Shown piece by piece: positions 37,198 to 50,369 of a DNA stretch of 64,000 nucleotides; within the stretch, counting starts at the first letter, position 1, and each line of letters begins with the position of its first letter. The stretch is taken from assembly GCF_001194135.2 (NCBI RefSeq), contig NC_068984.1, positions 36,968,897-37,032,896 of the forward strand. The letters run 5' to 3'. Made by a program: the position numbers and the translations under genes. The notes beneath the pieces are model-generated. The model did not search any database. It was not told the origin of the DNA and worked only from the letters and a program-made list of their open reading frames with translations. Source of the DNA: Octopus bimaculoides (lineage: Eukaryota).

Positions 37198-39141
37198 CTG
37201 AAACATACTCCACATGAAGCAAAGCTTTGTTTTTTAGGGTTCTTATCCTGACAAAATTCTTTGATGGATCGGCAGAAATCCAAAATAAATCTGTTTTGAT
37301 AATCCTCTGTTCGTTGTTTGATCGCCACTTAACAGGAAGGTGAATTTTAGAGTATCATCTCATAGGCATTTGTATGTCCAATTAGTAAACATTGGCTTCT
37401 GTTTGGGATCTGAAGTATTATCACTAATAGAGTAATACAGCTTTTGTAGCATTGAAACGAAGTGCTGAGTTTTGTTCCTTAGAAATGTACGTTATTTTAG
37501 CATTCGATTTCAAAACAAGCCAATCACGAAGATTACTGCGCGGTGTAAATCCATCAGCAATAAAGTTCACCGTGAATCAAGTAGAGCAGCTGCTCCTTCT
37601 TTGTCGCCACGTGAAGAGTTTCCTGCCGTCTGTGTATTAAGCAATATTTACCGATACTTAAAACGCTGGAATCGATCGTGTGTTGTCATGATGTTTTCAT
37701 TCTTAAGTCTATAAACCAGTGTTTACTTTACACTAACCACAAAGATTTCATTGATAGAGATGTCGCAAACATTTAGAGTTACACTGATGCATGTCCTTTG
37801 TCCATATGTTGAGAAGAATTTAAATTTTTCCCATTATGCTACTTCTCTTCCTAATTAACTTTGCATAAGACGCTACACATTAAGCATGTGTTTTAAGTTT
37901 TTCAGCATTATAGTAAATTGTTCCTGTTGACCAAAAACAGAAAGCTCCTCCATCACTTACAGCTCACTGTCCATCATCGAACATACTGAACACCTCATAT
38001 ATGTTTTAATATTAGACTTAGTTGCCTCTGTTTCCACAATAGGTGTGCATACTATACGTGCTTTAACTGCCATCGTATCAAGAAGAAATCAAGGAAGAAA
38101 TATTTCCTAAGCAAGAAATTGTTGATTCGATCTCCACAGCTACTCTGTTCTAAGCCAAACACCATGAAAAAAATAGTTTTTAAATAGCTTGTTTCTAGTC
38201 CAGAAAACTTCTTAACAGTTCGCCATTCCAGAGCCTTCTTTCTAATTTCTGCACTTGCTCCTCTCAGCGTTTATTTATTTATTTGATGGAACTTATAATA
38301 TCATTTAATACCATGTCGACCTGGTTAACAGAAAGACAAATTGTTACTACAAAAACGAACATTTAATATTTTGCACTCCGTACTTCTAGCAACTCGAATA
38401 GACGGAGCTCAGGCACTGTATTAATTTGTTTCTCTATAATACAACTTCATGCTTCAGGTTTTACCCTTTACCTTACATTTTACGTATCTCAGGTTTAAAG
38501 CATTGTCATATCTTAAAACAGTTACACCTGTACGAAGCAGGAGGTAGATGTATAAATATTACATTTTAAATGATGTTCGTGGAAGTAAAACATTGAATGA
38601 CTAGTTTAGATATTCATTATTGCATTGATATTTATTTATTTATATCACACTGAAATGAAAACGCAGCAAATACGAAAAGAGACAAAAAAATTGACAAAAG
38701 CAAAGTTTCAAGTAGAGAGGCGTACATTTTACGAATTGATATTTTAGATTCCTTGCTTTTATCCTATTCTTGCATTGACGTCATAACGAAGCAACATTGA
38801 GGACTCTATCTTTCTCTTGTCTCTCTTCCGGTCTCTCTATCTATTTATATCTATCTTCACGCGCACATGCATGTATATGTATATATATATATCAACGTTA
38901 TTAAATACTCTACTGAATATTTGGCGTTCTAAATAGGAAAACCAATTACCCAACGAGTGAAGTTACCAGTACCAGTATCTCTTTCTATGCTTGAGTACTA
39001 TACAGTCAACCGTTGTAGATTGCCGGCATCTAAACCAATTTGAGAGTTAATACGGTATCCACCAGGATAACTTATCGCATTTATACTCTCTCTCCTCTTC
39101 TCTCTCTCTTCCTCTCTCCTCTTCTCTCTGTCTTCCTCTCA

Positions 39142-39207
<66 letters not shown>

Positions 39208-39799
39208 GGAAAGAAAAGGACTAAAGGAACCCTATCTTTTGGACCTAAAATTTCATAAGATAGGGTTTGCGGATTCTGTGGCGAATATATTCACTTCGCT
39301 GGACGGGGTGCCGATGCATCGCAAGAATACTCATTTTTCAACAGCTGCGTGGAGTCTGCTGCAGGAATCGAAACCACGGGCCTCTACATACATATGCATA
39401 TATGTATATGAATGTATATGTGTATGTATATGTGTATGAATGTATATGTATATGTATATGTGTATGTATTTGCCTGTTTGTGTGTGCGCGCGCGTTTTTG
39501 GGTGTCTATTAATTATCAGTATCACATGCATAATGTATGTGTGTTGTTAATCGCTTTTTGTTGCGGTTTTTCGTATAAGGCGTATAATTTTAAAAAAAAA
39601 CGCTGTATACTTTAAAACCAGAAGGGAATGAGAATGACATATGTTGATATTTCACTGTATTTTCTACTCCTCGGTGTCATATTCTCACCTAACCTCCGAA
39701 GCTAATGCTGCCGGTAACACAAAATTTGAATGTGTGTGTGTTTGTGTCTGTGTGTGTGTGTGAGAGAGAGAGGGAGTTTATGTTTGTCTCTCAACACTA

Positions 39800-39978
39800 C
39801 TTGACAACTGGCGTTGTCTTGCTCAGATCCCCGTCACTTATACCGATCGGCATAAGATACCGAGATCTGAGTACCAGGCTTAAGGAGCATAATTACTGGG
39901 GTCTATTCCTTCGAGTAAAACCCTTGAAGATCGCACCTCATTATGGCTGCAGTTTAATGACTGAAACAAACAAATAGC
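39800..39978 (+). mobile_element. CORE-SINE 3' fragment
   Basis: gagtaccaggctt...ggctgcagtttaatgactgaaacaaac. Confidence 0.6.
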
Positions 39979-40588
39979 AGATTTTATATNNNNNNNNNNN
40001 NNNNNNNNNNNNNNNNNNNNNNNNNNNNNNNNNNNNNNNNNNNNNNNNNNNNNNNNNNNNNNNNNNNNNNNNNNNNNNNNNNNNNNNNNNNNNNNNNNNN
40101 NNNNNNNNNNNNNNNNNNNNNNNNNNNNNNNNNNNNNNNNNNNNNNNNNNNNNNNNNNNNNNNNNNNNNNNNNNNNNNNNNNNNNNNNNNNNNNNNNNNN
40201 NNNNNNNNNNNNNNNNNNNNNNNNNNNNNNNNNNNNNNNNNNNNNNNNNNNNNNNNNNNNNNNNNNNNNNNNNNNNNNNNNNNNNGATTTCTATAGCAAC
40301 TTTGTCCAGATTTATGACTCGGAAGTTTCTTCCAAGTGCAAGCCCATCGTCATTCATGAGCGAAGGGGTATTTACCCTTCATATTTGTGCATGTGTGTGT
40401 GTGTTGTGTTATTTTGTGTTTTGTTTGCACTTACATTCATGCATGTGCATACATATACCTGGAGATATCAACATATATGCACGCAAAAAACTGCATTGCA
40501 CACCTGTACAGATGAGCACACCACTTTACACACGCGCAATATTATCCATACACGTATACACTGATACAATGCTCTTACAATATGTGTA

Positions 40589-40980
40589 TGTTGTTGTTGG
40601 CACTCCGTCGCTTACGACATCGAGGGTTCCAGTTGATCCGATCAACGGAACAGCCTGCTCGTGAAATTAACGTGCAAGTTGCTGAGCACTCCACGGACAC
40701 GTGTACCCTTAATGTAGTTCTCGGAGATGGGGATATTCAGCGTGACACAGTGTGACAAGGCTGACCCTTTGAATTACAGGCACAACAGACACAGGAAGTA
40801 AGAGTGAGAGAAAGTTGTGGTGAAAGAGTACAGCAGGGTTCGCAACCATCCCCTGCCGGAGCCTTGTGGAGCTTTAGGTCTTTTCGCTCAATAAACACTC
40901 ACAACGCCCGGTCTGGGAATCAACACCGCGATCCTATGACCGCGAGTCCGCTGCCCTAACCACTGGGCCATTGCACCTCC
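40589..40980 (-). mobile_element. Full-length OR-type tRNA SINE (second copy)
   Basis: Collinear and highly similar to 29737-30124. Confidence 0.92.
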
Positions 40981-42055
40981 ACTATGTGTATGTATATATA
41001 CACAAATATGTGCGTGTATGATTGTGCATATTAATTATCTGTACGTACCTGGTACTTCGTAACGCAAAGAAAATATACTATATAGTATACTAAATGTTTT
41101 TATAAGTCAGTACCACAGCGTACTGCGTCGAAGGGTCAACAAGCCTGAAACATGGTATATACGATCATTACCCATTTTTTGTCTTCGATCACATTGTTTG
41201 CTTACATCTGATGATTCGATACGAAACGTTGTAGCAAAAATTAATACTGGCTATATGATATATAGAGTACCTGTAGAAATAACCTTAACACCTTAACAAG
41301 ATAATGCGTAGGTACGTATGTTTGTATTTAATTATAGAATTACTACTGCGAGGATGTTATACACGTTTGTATTTTCATAAATGCATTGGCCCACATACAC
41401 ATGTACAAGAATATGTGCTCACCTATGCACATATCCAAGCATACTTACACAAATGCACACATATACACATACACAAGCACAAACATGCATGTATAATCAA
41501 AATTTATGAATATGCAAATATGCAAAAATTATAATACGTTAAATGAAGAAATTATAAAAAATTAAAATAATTTTAAAATAAGGGAAGTCAGAATTTCAGA
41601 ATGCAAAATTACGAAATTGCATATTTGCATTTTAGAGTCATGAAAAAAAGAAGAAAAGTATTCAATAATCATGGATATATACAAAGATATAGAAATATAA
41701 AATCACAAAAATACAAAATTATAAATTTAAAAAGGAAAACATATCGCTGTATAAAATACAGAATTCAAAATTATGAAAAGATTTTAATATTAACGAAACA
41801 TGACAGCATTGTAACGATGTAAAATTAAAACTTACAAGAATGTGAACGTGCCAAAGCGTAAAAGCGTATGTGCACATATACAGATTGTTATTGTCATACA
41901 TTCACAGCCAACATGCAAGAGACATATGCTTACTAGAAGTGAAATTAGAAAATTGTAATAAAGATTGTGGAAAATAAATTCTTCACAGTAGATTAAACGG
42001 CAGCTAGAATTTATAATACTATTGGAAATGTTGTTAGAGATAATATTGGCAACAT

Positions 42056-42097
42056 TAATAATAATAATAATAATAATGATGATAATAATACTAATAC

Positions 42098-42137
<40 letters not shown>

Positions 42138-42142
42138 AATAC

Positions 42143-42186
<44 letters not shown>
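42056..42186. repeat. (AAT/ACT)n array
   Basis: Direct reading. Confidence 0.95.
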
Positions 42187-42690
42187 TTGGAAGTATTATC
42201 ATGTACATTAATTTGTCCTGGTATAAAAGATAGGTTACAGCAAATATTCTGCTTAATACCACAGTTGTCAGTTGTTTGACCTTAACCAGTTGACCATATC
42301 CCTTGGTGGCTGACGATATGTGCATCTCTGATCATGAGCAGAAGCAGTGGGGGAGAATTATAGCCATGTGCTGAGAGGAATTCTTTGGGTTTGAATAATT
42401 CACCTTTGGAAACATGGGTGTTTTGCTCAACATCCTTAAACATTATTCAGGAGCTTTTGTGCGGGATGGGCTACTCGACTTGAAGACAATTCTAACTGGG
42501 CCTCACCTACGAGGTCATGCGCTGTTTATCTTGATATGAGATCACCATGTCACGCACATATGGTTGTGATGCATGTGCTTGGTGTATCCTTATCAGACGG
42601 GTAGCCATGATGGGTATGATGGGCTTCGTATATTTTACTGCAGTGTCACTTTGATGGCCTGCACTGCTCTCTCAGTCAATAATAATAATA
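42187..42690. mobile_element. About 500-bp (AAT)n-bounded repeat, reverse complement of 25908-26434
   Basis: Collinear hand alignment. Confidence 0.85.
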
Positions 42691-42741
42691 AGGATAATAA
42701 TACTACTACTAATAATAATAATTATAACAATCCTTTGTACT

Positions 42742-43155
42742 ATAAGCACAAGGCCTGAAATCTGCGGAGAAGGGACTAGTCGATTACATCGACTCCAGTG
42801 TTTCACTTGTACTTAACTTATCGTCCCCGAAAAGCTAAAAGTCAAATTCGATCTCGGCAGAATTTGAACTCAGAACAGAAAGACGGACGAAATTCCGTTA
42901 AGTATTTTACTCGACGCGCTGAAGATTCTGTTATGTCGAAACCTTTGTATTAATAGTAATATTGATTTCAAATTTTGGTTCAAGGCAAGCAGTTTTTGGG
43001 GAGCTGTAATTCGATTACACAGACCCCAGTGGTGAACTGGTACAAATTTATCGACCCCGCACGGATGAAAGACAAAGTGGTCCTCGGCGGAATTTGAACT
43101 CAGCATATAACGACGGACTAAATGCCGCTCATCATTTCGTTTGGCATGCTAGCGA
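42742..43155 (-). mobile_element. Two tandem SINEs (8800-type family)
   Basis: Each contains cgattacatcgactccagtg / gtacaaatttatcgacccc and cggcggaatttgaactcag (reverse B-box region). Confidence 0.85.
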
Positions 43156-46100
43156 TTATGCCAGCTCACCGCCATTGAGATAATAATGATATTAAATTGC
43201 AATAATTGATCTAATCGACTTTTCCGCATCCAAAACATGCTAGCCTTGTTCTAAAATTTAAAACCAATAGCAGTGTAACTAGTGATAACAGCAATAATAG
43301 CAGTAAGAAAATCGAATCCAACCTCGATTGCTGGCAGCGCGCCTCAAGGAAAGGGCTTCGCTCTTGTTGGACAAGGTCAGTTTATCTTCACCTGTGAAAT
43401 TAAGTGTTTTTAAAAAGTTAGTCTATAGCTCTTGAAATGTAATGCCCAAAGGTAGGAAAGTGTTAAAATGTGGATATTTCTATAACAGTCAATCGCTGAT
43501 TTGATTTTATTCCATAGGCGACGATTTCTTACGTCTTGATATATGAAGCATCTCATTCTACGAAGTTCATTATTACTGGAATTTAATAGCCAGCAACAGC
43601 TTTAACAGTATAACTTTGAAATTTGGTTAATAATTTTGTCTGAGAGCTTGACTCTCTGCGGAGCGTGTACTGTATCACTAATTTTGGACAATCAAAATAT
43701 AAAATTTGTCAAAATACCACTGTGACGCTTTAACAAAACACATGGTAAGTTAGCAACATCCAAAGCAATACGACGAATTCCAACACCAAATTTATAGGAG
43801 GCAGTCCTTTGACAACAGAGTCCAATCAATCTTCTAAAGGCCATGAAAGTCATATATACCCTCCCACTAAAGGTCGCTACCCCAATAACTATAACTTAAT
43901 TGAAATATATAGAAATTCTTAGAGAATTGTCACTTAGCTTATATTCTTGGTGTTTTATTCTCCTTTCCTCATCTTCCTAACTTCTGGCAAGATAACAAGA
44001 AAAACAGATCAGTAAGTATATTTTACAAAATCCATATATGCACAGGATGGGTCAATAACTTGCATTGAAATACCCAACGCTTCCACACACCGATATGAAC
44101 TGATGCTGTAACATTCACTAAAGTAGTATATGTACAGAGACAGAAATTGAACACATCTGTTCTTTCAATAGAACGAATAAGGTCACTAAGCAGAATAACG
44201 CAGAAATTCTAAGCATATATAATATCCCACACCAACACCATAACCCATACACAGCAATAACAGAAGAATGGGGATAGCTGTAATAGTAATAGTAAAAAGT
44301 ATGTTACCGAGTACAAATTGCGTAATGTAATAACTGACATATTCAGCGGTGCAATTTCGATACATACCAACTACATCTATACAATCCGATGCTCATTTAA
44401 ATCTGTTTGCATAGATCAGCGTCGTCTAATGGCATTGTTATTTTTTTTAGTCTTGTGTGGATCTATTTGCCTGAGTTCTATTCATAAGTCGGGTATAATA
44501 AGCACTATATAGGTGTAGTCTTGTATCCTACAAAGTAGTGTTTGTTAAGTGTAAAATTTGAATTTTACATATATATNNNNNNNNNNNNNNNNNNNNNNNN
44601 NNNNNNNNNNNNNNNNNNNNNNNNACATATATGTACATATATGTACATTGGGACATGGTAAAAAATCAATCCGATCATTTCAAGGTAGGAATAAAGATAT
44701 AACGGGAATGGTTGAAATAATATAATATATAAATAATATAATACAAGTGAAATATATATCCTGGTTGATAATAGTTCATGTTGAAGCGAGAAAGTATAAA
44801 ATAATATAGATCTCGACGGTAATAATAAAATAATTCAGGATGATAAAAATACAGTATTACAGAATACAAAATATGCAGCCAACAAACGCTAAACGCAGTA
44901 AATAATCTTAATTATTCGGTGATAAATGTCTTGAAATCAGAAATTTGGAAGAGTGTCTACATCAGTACAAAATTTCAGATTTATGATTAAATGCATATTT
45001 ATTTTGAAACAAGATAATATATATTTCCCCTCAAGCACAATGATATTTCATAGATTAGCGCTTCGATCGATGAGAGATTGAATTGTAATTTTTATGCATA
45101 TTTTAGTAAACTCGCTGATGACATGTTTCCGTGTATTTAAATGAATATTTGTGTAGATAATATCTCATTTTGAAGCTGTTTTTGTGGCTCTTTTCGTGTG
45201 TTTTATAAGTAATGGTATAAACGGTGTGGACCACAGCTTTAAAAACATGTCCTATGGCCAAGCAATTTCTTTTAAGATGGCAATTACTAAGGCCGCAGAA
45301 TTTGTCTGGGCGATGTTGTAGAAAACGTTAAAATGTATCAAGTGCTCCGGTTCCTGAATTTTCCTAAGCGTTTCCTTCCGAAGTCTTTCCTACAGATGGT
45401 CTGGAATTCAGATTTTCTGTCACCTTAGTAGGTTGCCATCAAATCTAACGAGTTCTATCAGTTCAACTGACTACTTAATTACTCGACAGCTGGGCTGGAA
45501 AGGAGCTACTACAACGGGTTAGGGTAGACCTAGGCACAATAGTAACTGATTGGTGCTACCACACAGGGGAACATTCTGGAATTCCCGAACTAGATCCCCA
45601 CTACTGGATGTAGTTTAATGTCATATCCAGGATTTATATACACACACATGCACACACGTGCACATGTACACACGTGCACATGCACACACACACACGCATA
45701 CATATATATATATATATACACATATATCTTAAGCAGACTTGTAATTTTTATTTGTTATTATTTATTCATATTACCATTAGATTTTACCCTTATTTTTTAT
45801 CCCCATGTAAACGTGGATGTTCTGTTAGAATCGACTATACAGCGGTAGATACCACAAGAGAAGCTCTCGCATTGGCTTTTAGTGCAAAATGCACACTTGT
45901 TTATATCGGTAGCGGGAGATAAATCCCCGCCATCTCCAGCGCCGAGACCGTGAATTCGACTTTCATTCGTCTTATCAATGAGGAACGCTCGACCACTAGA
46001 CAAAGCAGCATCACATGTCTCCGCCAGCGATATATAGAAAAATAGTGCTAGAACAGGCGCTGGTGTCGAGATTAGCCAACGAGATGGTTAAACTACACAT

Positions 46101-46962
46101 ATATTAGCAACAGATGCATTGTTAATACCGAGAACTAACATGTTATCATTATGCTTTAACTATGAATACTATGACAACATTTTGTTATTTTAGAATTGTT
46201 CTATTCTGTCCATACCTATTTATTCTCCTACTGATAATTAAAATTTTCCTCGAAGCTACTCTAGACAGGCGTTTCTCAGTTGATTTATGACACTGTATAT
46301 AATACATGGTTTTAATTGTGCTCTACCTTACCGGCTAGACAATTGTCTGAGTATACAGACCAATTAAATCCAACATCTAAAATAATCTTCTTAAGTAATA
46401 CACTAAACTTCCATCTTTACTATTCCAATGATCTGCACTTTTAACAGAAAATATGAACACCTCTCAAAATTCGTCTATATCTACATGTTGGTGAAATCAT
46501 CCAAATTGTTCTTATATTAATTTATTCATAAATGTCACGACAAAATGACAATGGGGTTGCATTACATAATTAATAATATATAATCAATATTACTTAATCA
46601 TTGCTCATATTCATGTTTTCCAATTTACTAAAGGATTCATTAGTAAAGAAATAATATTGATACTAGTCCAATTATTCTTCACTTGTTTTATATACATATA
46701 TTCACATGTGTATGTGTATGTGCGATTTTAAGTGTACGCGTGTGTGAGAGGACAAACACCGATATTGATGCATTAGCTGAAACGTATGTATCCGTTGTGA
46801 ATGGATGAGTATACGAATGTATGAAATGAGAATACGTGCGCGTGTAAGGAAATTATTCGTACATGCAATTAGTGTATAGGTTAGTGTATAAAGAAATAAC
46901 CGATTTTTATGACATGTATTCACTACTTTTTCCGTTCTTTAGTCTAAATAAGTGCGCGCTTT

Positions 46963-47002
<40 letters not shown>

Positions 47003-48685
47003 TGTTTGTGTGTATGTGTCTGTCTATCTCTGTCTGTGTCTGTGTGCGCGCGTGTGTGCGTGAGTTTTCCTGTCCTTGATTGCAAATGAGTCAACAGCTG
47101 TCAGTTCAAATTTATTTACTCATCGTATAATTAAAAATACCACGCAATCCTAATAACCATCTCATAAGTGCCCTGTGATATTACTAATAGCAGACAGGAT
47201 CTGTTTGCTCACAAGATCTTATTAAATTTTGGTTCTCTACTTTCTATCACTCGTTTTGTTTATTTGACTTTAACTTCGTTGAGCCATTTCCTGCGCCTCC
47301 GATTCAGATCTTTTGTTGACATTAAATGTGATATCCCGTATCGTCAAAAGCTTGAGTTTCCAAGGAGTCCTAGTCCATAAAGCATCATTCAGCTTTATTT
47401 TCCTATCAAGAACCTTAGGAGTATCAATCCCTTCAATCGTTAACTTTGAGAAATGACCTTACTTGATTCTTCTGAGCCACATTACAATATGAATATCGAT
47501 TTTGAACTGTGTATATCTCTAAATGCTAAGCTATGAATGTCCGTCATAATTTCTGTTCTTTGAATATATCTTGTAGCACAACATAGGGTAGTGATTTAAT
47601 AATTAAAAGGCAGCCTATTTGTCTTGGATATTTTCATGTGGTTATTTAATAACTTATCAGAAAATCCTTCAGCTACATTGTATAGAATAAAGCAAAATCT
47701 TACCATTGTCAAGAAAAAACATTCTATTCTTTGTAATTTGCTGCGTAAAAAGCAGTGAAAATGAAAATAAATCAAACACTTCTGGAGATTGTGCTGAGGA
47801 ATGTGTAATTATCTCCAGATCCCAAGAAATTCAAACCAAAAATTAAAAAAGAACAGCAATATATATATATATGCATGGATTTTCTTTTATTTCACATGCT
47901 TTCTTGGATAATTAAGAAATTTGTTAAATCCTTTGAAAACATTAAATTCACCAAAAAAGTATATTTTATTAGTCTTTAAAGAAGACACTAATTGGGTTCA
48001 AGAAAAAATATTCAGCAATGTGTAACGTTATTCATCACAGTTCTGGAAAAGTTCTAAATTAGTCTATAAGATTCTAAAGTTGATTTATAGGATGTAAACG
48101 TCATTAAAACCAAAATTAAGTCAAAACCAGAGCAAAGGGACGAAAGCTATAAACAACAAATCGCTCTAGTGCAACTTGTGGTTGCTATATTTTATTTTTG
48201 TTCTTGTTATAGTTGTTATTTATTTATATTCCTGCTTTTTCGTTACATGATTAAAAGGAAATCAATAGAATCCAAACCAGCGAAAAAGGTGATTAAAAGG
48301 TGGAACGTTGCAACAAATCATTACTTTTCTTTTAATCAATTAACCTACGAGTGACAAGAAAAACATTACGAAAAAGTTATTGAAGAAAACTATATAATTA
48401 GGCATATACGTATATAAATGTGTGTGTGTATATGNNNNNNNNNNNNNNNNNNNNNNNNNNNNNNNNNNNNNNNNNNNNNNNNNNNNNNNNNNNNNNNNNN
48501 NNNNNNNNNNNNNNNNNNNNNNNNNNNNNNNNNNNNNNNNNNNNNNNNNNNNNNNNNNNNNNNNNNNNNNNNNNNNNNNNNNNNNNNNNNNNNNNNNNNN
48601 NNNNNNNNNNNNNNNNNNNNNNNNNNNNNNNNNNNNNNNNNNNNNNNNNNNNNNNNNNNNNNNNNNNNNNNNNNNNNNNNNNNNN

Positions 48686-48722
48686 TAGAATGTGTGCAGT
48701 ACCCAGTAGTGCAATTTTCAAT
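48686..48722 (-). mobile_element. Small R4/Dong C-terminal piece next to a gap and (ATT)n
   Basis: Minus frame reads LKIALLGTAHIL, the same motif as at 18.1 kb. Confidence 0.7.
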
Positions 48723-48747
48723 ATTATTATTATTATTATTATTAAAA

Positions 48748-48950
48748 AAGGCAGCGAGCTGGCAGTATCATTAGCACGCCGGGCGAAATGCTTAGCGGTT
48801 ATAATCTTTGTCCATACGTTCTGAGTTCATATTCCACCGAAGTCGACTTTGCCTTTTATACTCTCAGGGTCGATAAATTAAGTACCATTTGCGTTTCTGG
48901 GATCAATGTAATCGACTCGTCCTCTCCCCACAAATTCCAAAGAAAGGGTT
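48748..48950 (+). mobile_element. Full-length SINE (8800-type family), (ATT)n tail
   Basis: aggcagcgagctggcagtatcattagcacgccgggcgaaatgcttagcgg...gtcgataaattaagtacc. Confidence 0.9.
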
Positions 48951-49444
48951 ATTATTATTATTATTATTATTGTTGCTGTTGTTGTTTCTTGACATGGCAA
49001 GACGTTTAACATATCACTCCTGTGTTTGGATTACATTTTGATCATTAAAAGAAAAAAAAAATGTGTTTTTAAAAAAAATTCTGTGTTGCGTTATGTTGAA
49101 CGATTACGTAGATGGATGAGACTTTATTTCAGGCTTTTCCACCAAAACGGTTTGGGAAACCTTTTGGAATAACGAAATGTTGGTGAGTGATAATGGAAAC
49201 AACTTTGCTAAAAAAAAAAATAAATAAATAAAAATTTTTTAAAAAATTGACACTGATACCAAAAATAAATATATTGACAGATAATCTTTTTAAGGCGGTG
49301 CTCCAGCATGGCCGCAGTCAAATGACTGAAACAAGTAAAAAAAAAGAAAAAAAAAATTATGTAATATAAATGCTGTATATATATATGTTTATGTATATGT
49401 ACCTGTGTATGTGTTGTTAGTGTTTGTGTGTTTGTGTGTGTATG

Positions 49445-49493
<49 letters not shown>

Positions 49494-50369
49494 GGGTAGT
49501 TGCGTGCGTGTACCTACGTATCTATATGAAAGCTGTTAAAAGAAAGAAATGGAAATATATTTGATGAAGTATCCTATAGTGTTTTCTAATGTCTTCTTAC
49601 GATCTGAGATTAAATCCAAATGCAAAATATGTTAATGCCTACTACCCTCATGAGGGCGAGGAATTATTATATTTATAGAGATGTTACAGATTTTAGTTTG
49701 CAATCCTAAAAGAAATTACAAATACTCATCCTGTGTGTGTCCATGTCTGTGTGCCTGGGTTCATGTATATACTCATATAAATATACTCCATCTTTGAACT
49801 TCTGTGCTGTAACATCTGAAATGTAAGATCTTCTCTACCCTGATGACGGAGGCTCGTCTTATCCAATGTCAAATGCATCGATACGGCCGCATATTGAGAG
49901 GAACTAAATCTACCAGCATTATCATGGATCACCGTAGAGGTGTTGGACTTATAATATCTTTCTTCCACCCCTTCAATTTTCTCTGTCGTTCTTAAGTTGG
50001 CTTTATTAATATAAATATCAATATATTTATACTAAAAATTCATCATCAAAAAGACCCTACCTTTTGCTTTTTGTCGTTTTACACGTGTGCATATATATTT
50101 TGTATCTCATACACAAACTAATATGTTTAATATATTTGATTTATCTAATTCGTTTATCCGCATAATTGCCTCTATATTCATATATTAATAGATGTAAATA
50201 TAGACGCATGCTTATATATCCATCTGTAGTTGGAAATGTAATACTAATGGCTTATTGCTATTGGAAATATTGTAACAATTAACTTCTATATCCATTTGAA
50301 TTTTGATGTATCACTGCTTTACATATTTCTATGTACGTGTGTGTTTGTGTGTATGTATATCTCTTCTAT

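Noticed and set aside
39228-39267. 11-bp perfect inverted repeat AACCCTATCTT/AAGATAGGGTT
   Set aside because: An isolated short hairpin with no TSD or family context; plausible by chance in 64 kb.
18406-40980. tRNA-like sequences at 18.4, 19.2, 27.0, 30.1 and 41.0 kb as tRNA genes
   Set aside because: They are SINE heads fused to family bodies; no complete cloverleaf or acceptor stem.
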